Source: a virus (Duplodnaviria; Heunggongvirae; Uroviricota; Caudoviricetes). Taken from it: a stretch of DNA of 25,735 nt. The notes under the pieces are model-generated. The model saw nothing but the letters and a program-made list of their open reading frames with translations, was not told where the DNA came from and made no database searches. The DNA lies in the IMG/VR virus record IMGVR_UViG_2534681655_000008. One strand, written 5' to 3'. Every line of letters begins with the position of its first letter. The stretch's first letter is position 1. A program made the translations under genes and the position numbers. Positions 7,218 to 14,411 of this stretch are shown here, one piece after another.

Positions 7218-7603
7218 AGCTGATCCTGCCTTTTCCGCCCAGCGTGAACACGTACTGGCGACACCCCAACAAAGGGGTGTTTGCAGGTAAGAGCCTGATA
7301 AGCGCGGCGGGGCGCAAATTCCAGAGCGCGGCGTGCGCAGCAATAGTTGAGCAGTTACGTCGTCTACCAAAACCAACGTCGGCACCTGCTTCAGTGGAGA
7401 TCGTGTTGTTTCCTCCGGATAACCGGATCCGCGATCTGGACAACTATAACAAGGCGCTGTTTGACGCGTTGACCCACGCGGGTGTGTGGGAAGACGACAG
7501 ACAGGTGAAAAGAATGCTGGTGGAGTGGGGACCGGTTATCCCGAAAGGGAAGGTCGAGATCACCATCAGTAAGTACGAGAAAACGGCGGGTGCAGCCGCC
7601 TGA
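7214..7603 (+). CDS. rusA: Holliday junction resolvase RusA
   Basis: 129 aa; motifs LPFPPSVNTYWRH and DLDNYNKALFDALTHAGVWEDD match the RusA family; ATGA overlap with upstream stop. Confidence 0.8.
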   Translation: MKLILPFPPSVNTYWRHPNKGVFAGKSLISAAGRKFQSAACAAIVEQLRRLPKPTSAPASVEIVLFPPDNRIRDLDNYNKALFDALTHAGVWEDDRQVKRMLVEWGPVIPKGKVEITISKYEKTAGAAA

Positions 7604-7622
7604 TCAAGAGGAGAAACGAAGT

Positions 7623-8420
7623 ATGAATAATCTGATGGTCATTGATGGTATTGAAGTTCGTCGTGATGCTTATGGTCGTTACAGCCTGAACGATCTGCAC
7701 AGGGCTGCCGGTTCTCTGGATAAGCATAAGCCTGCATTCTGGCTCCGCAATGAGCAAACTGAACGTTTAATAAGCGAGTTGCAGATTTGCAACTCGGTCA
7801 ATATAGAGCCAGTTAACGTTATTCGTGGCGGAAATAACCAGGGGACGTATGTCTGCAAAGAACTGGTGTATGCCTATGCAATGTGGATAAGCCCGTCATT
7901 CCATCTGAAGGTGATCCGTACTTTCGACATGGTAACCAGCGCACCGGAAAAATTATCCGGACAGGCTGCTGACAAGATGCAGGCTGGTGTGATTCTGCTG
8001 GACTTTATGCGCCGGGAATTAAACCTGTCTAACTCTTCAGTGCTTGGGGCCTGTCAGAAACTCCAGGAGGCTGTTGGCTTACCGAATCTGGCACCGCGCT
8101 ATGCCATTGATGCTCCTGCTGACGCGCCTGATGGCTCAAGCCGCCCCACGCTGTCACTGAGTGCACTGCTGAAGCAGTATGGTATCCGCCTGACAGCTAA
8201 TCAGGCATATCACCAGATGGCGAAGCTGGGGATCGTTGAACAACGTGAACGATACAGCCGCACTGCGATTAACAACATCAAAAAATTCTGGTCGCTGACG
8301 GCGAAAGGCTGCATGTTCGGCAAGAACATCACCAGTCCCGCAAATCCGCGCGAGACGCAGCCGCATTTCTTCGAATCCCGGTTCCCTGAGCTGTTAAAGC
8401 TGCTCGATACCGTTCATTGA
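7623..8420 (+). CDS. KilA-N domain protein (antirepressor-like)
   Basis: ATG 7623 after GAGGAG; N-terminal LMVIDGIEVRRDAYGRYSLNDLHRAAG...KPAFWLRNEQTERLI typical of KilA-N. Confidence 0.7.
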   Translation: MNNLMVIDGIEVRRDAYGRYSLNDLHRAAGSLDKHKPAFWLRNEQTERLISELQICNSVNIEPVNVIRGGNNQGTYVCKELVYAYAMWISPSFHLKVIRTFDMVTSAPEKLSGQAADKMQAGVILLDFMRRELNLSNSSVLGACQKLQEAVGLPNLAPRYAIDAPADAPDGSSRPTLSLSALLKQYGIRLTANQAYHQMAKLGIVEQRERYSRTAINNIKKFWSLTAKGCMFGKNITSPANPRETQPHFFESRFPELLKLLDTVH

Positions 8421-8421
8421 G

Positions 8422-9417
8422 GTGACCGTGAGAGCGCTACTGACCCCTGAAATTGCCCCGCGTATGGGGATCGTATTGTTCAGGCCAGGTTCAGAGCTGA
8501 TGCCCCTGTTTATGCAGGGGCGTGTCCTGCTGGAGCCTGAGCCGGAACGTTATTCATCTTTCGCCAGTGGTGCCGTTCCGGCTGCATCACAACCGCTGGC
8601 GGATGATCCTGCCGTTTGGGCCGTGTTCCGCAATGAGGCAGTGATTCGTCGTGCTGGTGGAGTGGAATGTCTTGAACGCTGGTTACTTCGTGAAAAAGGT
8701 TGCCAGTGGCCTCATTCCGACTGGCACAGCGAGAACATGACCACAATGCGACACACGCCGGGCGCAATCCGTCTGTGCTGGCACTGCGATAACCAGCTGC
8801 GCGATCAGTTCACGGAACGGCTGGAATCAATGGCAACGGATAACTGTACCCGCTGGGTGTTGTCTGTTGTGCGTCGGGATCTCGGTTTTGATGACAGTCA
8901 CGTTGTGACAATGCCGGAACTGTGCTGGTGGCTGATTCGTAATGACCTGGCGGATGCCTTACCGGAAAGTGCAGCCCGTAAGGCACTGAGATTACCGAAG
9001 CCTGTTGTGCCGTCTGTCACCCGGGAAAGTGACCTTGTGCCTTCGGTTCCTGCCACCAGCATCATCCAGGATAAAGCGAAAAAGGTGCTGGCGCTGAAAG
9101 TGGATCCGGAGTCGCCGGAGTCTTTTATGTTACGCCCAAAACGTCGCCGCTGGGTTAATGAAAAGTACACGCGCTGGGTTAAGACACAGCCGTGTGCATG
9201 TTGTGGAAAGCCTGCTGATGATCCCCACCACCTGATAGGTCACGGTCAGGGAGGAATGGGAACAAAAGCGCATGACCTTTTTGTGTTGCCTTTGTGCAGA
9301 AAGCATCACGACGAGCTGCATGCGGATACCGTGGCATTTGAAGAGAAGTATGGCTCCCAGCTGGAGCTGATATTTCGTTTTATCGATCGTGCGCTGGCAA
9401 TTGGCGTGCTGGCCTGA
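8422..9417 (+). CDS. DUF968-family nin-region protein with C-terminal HNH-like Cys/His motif
   Basis: C-terminal [43 protein letters not shown]; start ambiguous (GTG 8422 or 8428). Confidence 0.6.
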   Translation: MTVRALLTPEIAPRMGIVLFRPGSELMPLFMQGRVLLEPEPERYSSFASGAVPAASQPLADDPAVWAVFRNEAVIRRAGGVECLERWLLREKGCQWPHSDWHSENMTTMRHTPGAIRLCWHCDNQLRDQFTERLESMATDNCTRWVLSVVRRDLGFDDSHVVTMPELCWWLIRNDLADALPESAARKALRLPKPVVPSVTRESDLVPSVPATSIIQDKAKKVLALKVDPESPESFMLRPKRRRWVNEKYTRWVKTQPCACCGKPADDPHHLIGHGQGGMGTKAHDLFVLPLCRKHHDELHADTVAFEEKYGSQLELIFRFIDRALAIGVLA

Positions 9418-9434
9418 TTTTGTGGAGAAAGTTG

Positions 9435-9800
9435 ATGCGTGATATTCAAATGGTTCTTGAACGTTGGGGGGCATGGGTGGCAAATAATCACGAGGATGTC
9501 ACCTGGTCGTCTATTGCTGCAGGATTTAAAGGACTAATCCCTTCAAAAGTAAAATCCCGCCCGCAATGTTGTGACGATGACGCGATGATCATTTGTGGGT
9601 GCATGGCTCGCCTGAAAAAGAACAACAGCGATTTGCACGATTTATTAGTGGATTATTATGTAGGTGGTATGACGTTTATGGCGCTTGCCCGTAAACATGG
9701 GCGTTCTGATTGCTGGGTTGGGCGTTTATTGCAAAAGGCTGAAGGTGTAGTTGATGGCATGTTAATGATGTTAGAAATTGAGCTAGAGATGGATCGTTAG
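9435..9800 (+). CDS. Q: Late-gene antiterminator Q (phage 82 / 21-type)
   Basis: [35 protein letters not shown]...[19 protein letters not shown] matches recalled 82-type Q proteins; GGAG Shine-Dalgarno before ATG 9435. Confidence 0.8.
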   Translation: MRDIQMVLERWGAWVANNHEDVTWSSIAAGFKGLIPSKVKSRPQCCDDDAMIICGCMARLKKNNSDLHDLLVDYYVGGMTFMALARKHGRSDCWVGRLLQKAEGVVDGMLMMLEIELEMDR

Positions 9801-9842
9801 AAGACCTCTTATTGAGGGGGTAATTGAATCAGTTTAATGTGT

Positions 9843-9864
9843 GGGGAGTCGATTTATTCTCCCC
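9843..9864. other. Hairpin GGGGAG-N10-CTCCCC between Q and the convergent lipoprotein gene, followed on the + strand by an AT-rich run
   Basis: Perfect 6-bp GC stem read from sequence; could terminate either convergent transcript. Confidence 0.4.
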
Positions 9865-9883
9865 ATTTATTTAATTAATTTAC

Positions 9884-10330
9884 TTAAGGTTTTAATTCAT
9901 CAAGACGTTGTTGGATAGTGTTTTTGCTTGCGTTGTCTGTTATAGCCATTTGTTGTACTTGCCCCATTGCCATTTGAGTTTCCATCCACATATCGGCCCA
10001 CACTTTTGTATCGTTATTAACTTGAGCGATAGTAAATCTGACTTTTGATACCGGGGTTGTTGAATAGGCATTTCCGATTAACATTTGTCCAAAAACAGCA
10101 GAGCCGCCTTCCAGTTCTTTACCACATATAACACTGCTGTTATCCGCGTTGTAAATTATCAACCCTCTACTATTGCAGTAATTCACAAGGGCATCTTTGA
10201 CTTTATCTTTTGTCGTATTTTGATAAACCCCCTCAGGTTTTCCTGATTGAGTTTTCTTTATCAATGGTACGGAAGAAGTACAACCTGAAATGATAGTTGC
10301 GCTAAGTAATAGTACAGTCATTTTATTCAT
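9884..10330 (-). CDS. Lipoprotein of unknown function (148 aa), AT-rich moron on the opposite strand
   Basis: Signal peptide MNKMTVLLLSATIISGC with lipobox-like ISGC; visibly AT-rich relative to flanking phage genes; own promoter-like and Shine-Dalgarno-like sequences upstream. Confidence 0.65.
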   Translation of the reverse strand: MNKMTVLLLSATIISGCTSSVPLIKKTQSGKPEGVYQNTTKDKVKDALVNYCNSRGLIIYNADNSSVICGKELEGGSAVFGQMLIGNAYSTTPVSKVRFTIAQVNNDTKVWADMWMETQMAMGQVQQMAITDNASKNTIQQRLDELKP

Positions 10331-10460
10331 GTTTCTTATCCATTGTTAAGGGTATACCCACACAATTATTTTTATTGGAGATGAATAATCAACCGTTTAC
10401 AATCGTAAAAAATCAAATATGCTGTTAAGAGTGGTTACTTCGCCACACAACTTAAACCCG

Positions 10461-10479
10461 CCGCTGAGCGGTTTTTTTT
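10461..10479 (+). terminator. Weak terminator-like hairpin CCGC-TGA-GCGG followed by T8
   Basis: Short stem and T-run read from sequence; upstream of the tRNA promoter. Confidence 0.35.
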
Positions 10480-10560
10480 GTACCTGTAAACTTGGTGCAG
10501 TACAGTAAACACGCTGGTGGACAAGTGAAAAACAGCATTTAATCAGGCCTTCTGAAGATA

Positions 10561-10589
10561 TTGCAGTATTAATTCTGTAACGTTATTAT
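10561..10589 (+). promoter_or_regulatory. Sigma70-like promoter for the tRNA cluster (candidate late promoter): -35 TTGCAG (10561-10566), 17-bp spacer, -10 TATTAT (10584-10589), GC-rich discriminator
   Basis: Hexamers and spacing read from sequence; GCGCGC discriminator immediately before tRNA +1 is typical of stable-RNA promoters. Confidence 0.45.
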
Positions 10590-10598
10590 TCTGCGCGC

Positions 10599-10674
10599 GG
10601 CCCTTTAGCTCAGTGGTGAGAGCGAGCGACTCATAATCGCCAGGTCGCTGGTTCAAATCCAGCAAGGGCCACCA
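10599..10674 (+). tRNA. tRNA with CAU anticodon, tRNA-Ile2 (lysidine type)-like
   Basis: Full cloverleaf folded by hand (7-bp acceptor, D stem GCTC/GAGC, anticodon stem, T stem GCTGG/CCAGC, encoded CCA); near-identical to recalled E. coli ileX. Confidence 0.8.
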
Positions 10675-10675
10675 A

Positions 10676-10752
10676 CTGCCACTAGCTCATCAGGAAAGAG
10701 CGTCAACCCTTTAAGTTGAGAGTGCGAGGTTCGAGTCCCCGGTGGCGGTCCA
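10676..10752 (+). tRNA. Atypical tRNA-like gene, anticodon loop CCUUUAA (nominal anticodon UUU)
   Basis: Cloverleaf folds (acceptor CTGCCAC/GTGGCGG with one G-U, D stem GCTC/GAGC, anticodon stem TCAAC/GTTGA, T loop TTCGAGT, CCA) but C at position 33, C1-G72 and one T-stem mismatch are unusual. Confidence 0.5.
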
Positions 10753-10754
10753 GT

Positions 10755-10830
<76 letters not shown>

Positions 10831-10833
10831 TGT

Positions 10834-10908
<75 letters not shown>

Positions 10909-10913
10909 GTTAG

Positions 10914-11092
10914 AGTCTTTCAGTCTGCGATGATGGGAAATCCCGGAGTGACTGAAAGACGTTTAAGTTATGAATGATCGCTTTTTTTGCAAAATTGCTG
11001 TGCAGAAATACTAACCTTCGGGCAGGCGATCATTCATAAGCACTCTGCTTTTATTCCGATTAACTGTGGGTGGTTTGTTGGATAGAGTGCTT
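10914..11092 (+). other. Highly structured non-coding segment downstream of the tRNAs (three nested inverted repeats); candidate small RNA or processing element
   Basis: Perfect inverted repeats 10915-10925/10950-10960 (11 bp), 10968-10981/11026-11039 (14 bp), 11038-11046/11084-11092 (9 bp); no plausible ORF. Confidence 0.5.
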
Positions 11093-11114
11093 CCCTTACT
11101 GTATATATCGTTTC

Positions 11115-11140
11115 GCCCGCTTTTGCGGGTTTTTCTTTTC
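11115..11140 (+). terminator. Rho-independent terminator (GCCCGC-TTTT-GCGGGT followed by TTTTCTTTTC) upstream of the lysis genes
   Basis: GC stem plus T-rich tail read from sequence. Confidence 0.6.
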
Positions 11141-11199
11141 AAATCCCTTTCATTTCTCAGTGTAAAACTACGCCATCCGTTATTTGCGGAGGTGAGGCT

Positions 11200-11415
11200 A
11201 TGAAATCCATGGACAAAATTTCAACGGGCATTGCCTACGGCACCTCCGCAGGCAGTGCTGGCTACTGGTTTTTACAGTGGCTTGATCAGGTCAGTCCGTC
11301 ACAGTGGGCTGCGATTGGTGTACTGGGGAGTCTGGTGCTGGGCTTCCTGACTTATCTGACAAATCTGTACTTCAAAATAAGAGAAGATAAGCGTAAGGCT
11401 GCACGGGGAGAGTAA
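11200..11415 (+). CDS. Pinholin / antiholin, phage 21 S21-type, dual start motif MKSM
   Basis: [71 protein letters not shown] closely matches recalled S21 (two TMDs, Met1/Met4 dual start). Confidence 0.85.
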   Translation: MKSMDKISTGIAYGTSAGSAGYWFLQWLDQVSPSQWAAIGVLGSLVLGFLTYLTNLYFKIREDKRKAARGE

Positions 11416-11419
11416 TTCA

Positions 11420-11764
11420 ATGACACAAAAATATGAACTGATTGTGAAAGGGATCCGCAATTTTGAGAATAAAGTTACGGTAACTTTAGCATTACGGGAC
11501 AAAAAACGCTTTGACGGTGAAATTTTAGACCTGGACATCTCGCTGGACCGTGTTGAAGGTGCCGCGCTGGAGTTTTATGAGGCAGCAGCCAGAAGGAGCA
11601 TCAGACAGGTCTTCCTGGATGTTGCTGCCGGGTTATGTGAAGGGGATGAGCAGTCACCGGAAAAGCGCCCCATAATTTTAGAGGCGCAGGGTGTGTGGAT
11701 AACCTACAAAGGAAAACTGCCGGGAAGAATTACTGGTTCACTGAAGACTCCGCCGAAATGGTAA
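11420..11764 (+). CDS. DUF1327-like (YdfR-like) protein located between holin and endolysin
   Basis: 114 aa, protein-like; same position as ydfR in the E. coli Qin lysis region (recalled); GGGGAGAG ribosome-binding site. Confidence 0.5.
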   Translation: MTQKYELIVKGIRNFENKVTVTLALRDKKRFDGEILDLDISLDRVEGAALEFYEAAARRSIRQVFLDVAAGLCEGDEQSPEKRPIILEAQGVWITYKGKLPGRITGSLKTPPKW

Positions 11765-12002
11765 TTTCACCAGCATATTTTTCTTCCAGTAATACCGCCA
11801 GCCACTTGAAAGAATTTTGTTGTTGCTGGGACCATTTGGGGTTGAGTGATTCAAGCTGGAGCGATGCCAGTGTTGGTTGCATTTGTTCCTTGGGAATTGA
11901 GAATGCCAGATATGAAAATGCGACAGTAAGGGCATTTACATCATCCCGAAGCTTGGAAATGCAGTCGAGCAACTCCTGTAGAGAAATGGTGCTATTGTCC
12001 AT
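11730..12002 (-). CDS. Candidate small protein (90 aa) encoded antisense within the lysis cassette, convergent with and overlapping the DUF1327 gene 3' end by 35 bp
   Basis: ATG 12002 preceded by GAGAGGA Shine-Dalgarno at 6-nt spacing; non-repetitive protein-like composition; local GC lower than neighbours. Confidence 0.4.
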   Translation of the reverse strand: MDNSTISLQELLDCISKLRDDVNALTVAFSYLAFSIPKEQMQPTLASLQLESLNPKWSQQQQNSFKWLAVLLEEKYAGEITISAESSVNQ

Positions 12003-12107
12003 AAACAATCCTCTCTATTGTATTTAACTATTCCTTGCCTGATTCAACAGGCCGGGACAGATAAACATATCCAGGGTTCAGAAACCGATAAATCCTGATA
12101 AATATCC

Positions 12108-12641
12108 ATGAGCGCAAAAATCAAATACGGCCTGTCAGCTGCTGTTCTGGCGCTGATTGCTGCAGGCGCGTCTGCTCCTCAAATACTTGACCAGTTTCTG
12201 GATGAAAAAGAGGGTAACCACACTACGGCATACCGCGATGGTTCCGGTATATGGACCATCTGTCGTGGTGCCACAATGGTGGATGGTAAGCCCGTCATAC
12301 CGGGAATGAAGCTGTCGAAGGAAAAATGCGACCAGGTTAACGCTATTGAACGTGATAAGGCGCTGGCATGGGTGGAGCGCAATATTAAAGTACCACTGAC
12401 CGAACCACAGAAAGCGGGTATAGCGTCATTTTGTCCCTATAACATTGGCCCCGGTAAGTGTTTCCCGTCGACGTTTTATAAGCGGCTGAATGCCGGTGAT
12501 CGTAAGAGTGCATACGAGGCGATTCGCTGGTGGATAAAAGATGGTGGGCGCGATTGCCGCATACGTTCAAATAACTGCTATGGACAGGTTATTCGTCGTG
12601 ACCAGGAAAGCGCATTAGCCTGTTGGGGGATAGATCAGTGA
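12108..12641 (+). CDS. SAR endolysin (T4-lysozyme-like muramidase with N-terminal signal-anchor-release domain)
   Basis: N-terminal Gly/Ala-rich weakly hydrophobic segment [16 protein letters not shown] followed by the catalytic E...D...T region ([22 protein letters not shown]); pairs with pinholin. Confidence 0.8.
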   Translation: MSAKIKYGLSAAVLALIAAGASAPQILDQFLDEKEGNHTTAYRDGSGIWTICRGATMVDGKPVIPGMKLSKEKCDQVNAIERDKALAWVERNIKVPLTEPQKAGIASFCPYNIGPGKCFPSTFYKRLNAGDRKSAYEAIRWWIKDGGRDCRIRSNNCYGQVIRRDQESALACWGIDQ

Positions 12642-13105
12642 GCAGAGTCGCCGCGATTATTTATGCTCTGGTTATCTGCATCATCGTCTGCCTGTCGTGG
12701 GCGGTCAATCATTGCCGTGATAACGCCATCGCCTACAAAGAACAGCGTGATAAAAAAGTCAGTGAGCTGAAGCAGGCGACCGCCACCATTACTGACATGC
12801 AGCAACGCCAGCGTGCTGCTGATGTACTCGATGCTAAATACACGAAGGAGTTGGCTGATGCGAAAGCTGAAAATGATGCTCTTCGGCGCAAGCTTGATAA
12901 TGGTGGTCGGGTGCTCGTCAAAGGAAAATGCTCTGTGCCATCCTCAGCCGAAACCTCCAGCGCCTCCGGCATGGGCAATGATGCCACCGTCGAACTCTCT
13001 CCAGTTGCTGGACGAAACGTTCTCGGTATCCGGGACGGAATCATCAGAGACCAGACAGCACTGAGAACGCTTCAGGAATATATCAGGACGCAATGCCTTC
13101 GATGA
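12638..13105 (+). CDS. Rz-like inner-membrane spanin (i-spanin)
   Basis: GTG 12638 overlapping endolysin stop; N-terminal [18 protein letters not shown] followed by charged coiled-coil-like region; contains an embedded +1-frame lipoprotein ORF. Confidence 0.7.
   Translation: MSRVAAIIYALVICIIVCLSWAVNHCRDNAIAYKEQRDKKVSELKQATATITDMQQRQRAADVLDAKYTKELADAKAENDALRRKLDNGGRVLVKGKCSVPSSAETSSASGMGNDATVELSPVAGRNVLGIRDGIIRDQTALRTLQEYIRTQCLR
12858..13064 (+). CDS. Rz1-like outer-membrane lipoprotein spanin (o-spanin) embedded in the +1 frame of Rz
   Basis: AAGGAG Shine-Dalgarno 9 nt before ATG 12858; signal peptide [19 protein letters not shown] with lipobox, then Pro-rich [11 protein letters not shown]. 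Confidence 0.7.
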   Translation: MRKLKMMLFGASLIMVVGCSSKENALCHPQPKPPAPPAWAMMPPSNSLQLLDETFSVSGTESSETRQH

Positions 13106-13734
13106 TAGCGATAATTTTACTCATCATCCTTCACATCTGGCTCTGTAGACAGGGTGGTGATCACTTCTGGAGTGAATCCAGATTAAACATCTCATTGCTG
13201 ATGCTTGAAGTTGAGCATCTGGCGCGCGGTAAGGGGCTGCGTTGAAATAAGAGCCAGTCATTACAAATACCAGGATTTAGCCTCGTATTCGCGGGGCTTT
13301 TTATTGCCATTACAAAAGCCACTCCCTACAGAGTGGCTTTGATAATGGCTTATACCCTACACGGGATAACTTAACTGATATCCCTTTTAACGGATAAAGG
13401 TATTCAAGCCTGACACATCATGCGCTGTATCGTCGCCGTATTCCCGTATTAACAGAGACCGTAGCCCGACGGGGAACTCCTTCTGCGAGAGTGTGCGGGA
13501 ATAATCAAAAACGATGCACACCGGGTTTTTACCGCGTTTATGGTTCGCGGGTTTGTCCCTCATGCTCGCCAGTCCTGTGCGGGGGTGGAAGAAACAGGAT
13601 ACTCACACAGATTCTTGTGGGCACGATGCTATTCCTTTCTGGATTATCCCGATGCCATTCATGCAAGGCGCTGTATCAGACGTTCGTCATGGCTGTCAGG
13701 CTGACGGGTCCTCCCGGTGGGGTGGCCTGCCACG

Positions 13735-13746
13735 GGGCGGGAGCGT
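13735..13746 (+). other. Putative cosN cohesive-end site (GGGCGGGAGCGT) with cosB-like AT-rich repeats downstream
   Basis: ACG|GGGCGGGAGCGT|CGCGG parallels recalled lambda cosN ACG|GGGCGGCGACCT|CGCGG; about 175 bp upstream of the Nu1-like gene start, as in lambda. Confidence 0.45.
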
Positions 13747-13919
13747 CGCGGAAAAAGGCTAGTTTTTGCATTTTTATCGGCCACCATCATCTTTGCATCT
13801 TATTGATTATTAATGTTATTTGTTTTTTGTATGTCGAATTGAGTGTTTTTTGTTCGACATCGAACGCGTTTTCTTAAAGTTGTTCGCACGATGCATGTTT
13901 AAAGCTCTCCGGAGGAAAT

Positions 13920-14411
13920 ATGGATCATGAGTTGAAAAACCTGGTGCTGAATATTAATCAACTGGCGGCTTTATCTGGTCTGCACCGCCAGACTGTCGTG
14001 GCAAGACTGAAAAACATTCGTCCCGCTGGTGGACATGACAAACTCAAGCTATACCGGTTGACCGATATTCTGACTGAATTTATGGGGTTACCACCGCCGG
14101 TTGCTGAGGGCGAAATGGATCCACATGAACGCAAAGCCTGGTATCAGTCTGAACGTGAGCGTCTTAAGTTCGAACAGGAAACGGCACAACTCATTCCGGC
14201 CAGTGATGTCAGACGGGAGTTTGCCATCTGGGCAAAAGCGGTCGTGCAGGTGCTGGAGACATTACCGGATATTCTGGAACGTGACTGCGGCCTGCAGCCT
14301 GTCGCTGTGAGCCGTGTTCAGTCCATTATTGATGATCTGCGCGATCAGATAGCCCTGCGGGTGACCGAAGCAGGTGCGGATGATGAGGAGGAATTACAGC
14401 AGGAGGAGTAA
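13920..14411 (+). CDS. Terminase small subunit (lambda Nu1-like)
   Basis: GGAGG Shine-Dalgarno; N-terminal HTH-like LNINQLAALSGLHRQTVVARLKN; directly upstream of and overlapping terminase large subunit start. Confidence 0.75.
   Translation: MDHELKNLVLNINQLAALSGLHRQTVVARLKNIRPAGGHDKLKLYRLTDILTEFMGLPPPVAEGEMDPHERKAWYQSERERLKFEQETAQLIPASDVRREFAIWAKAVVQVLETLPDILERDCGLQPVAVSRVQSIIDDLRDQIALRVTEAGADDEEELQQEE

Noticed and set aside
7590-7622. Upstream ATG 7590 as the KilA-N start, and TTG/GTG upstream starts listed for several ORFs (6208, 9420, 20244, 21455, 21874, 22642)
   Set aside because: In each case a downstream ATG or GTG has a properly spaced Shine-Dalgarno and/or overlaps the preceding stop codon (ATGA/TAATG coupling), whereas the upstream start would overlap the preceding gene without a ribosome-binding site.
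10909-11199. Expectation of toxin or virulence cargo (Stx-like) downstream of the phage tRNAs
   Set aside because: No ORF of any size with start signals exists between the tRNAs and the holin; the space is filled by inverted repeats and a terminator.
11695-12027. Plus-strand ORF 11695-12027 (110 aa) in the same interval as the antisense ORF
   Set aside because: It overlaps the DUF1327 3' end in another frame, has a Ser/Cys-rich low-complexity translation and no ribosome-binding site. The minus-strand ORF has a proper Shine-Dalgarno and better composition, though neither is proven.
13491-13877. ORFs 13491-13877 and 13514-13762 (+) upstream of terminase
   Set aside because: Composition is not protein-like, there is no Shine-Dalgarno, and they span the cos-like site and AT-rich cosB-like region.
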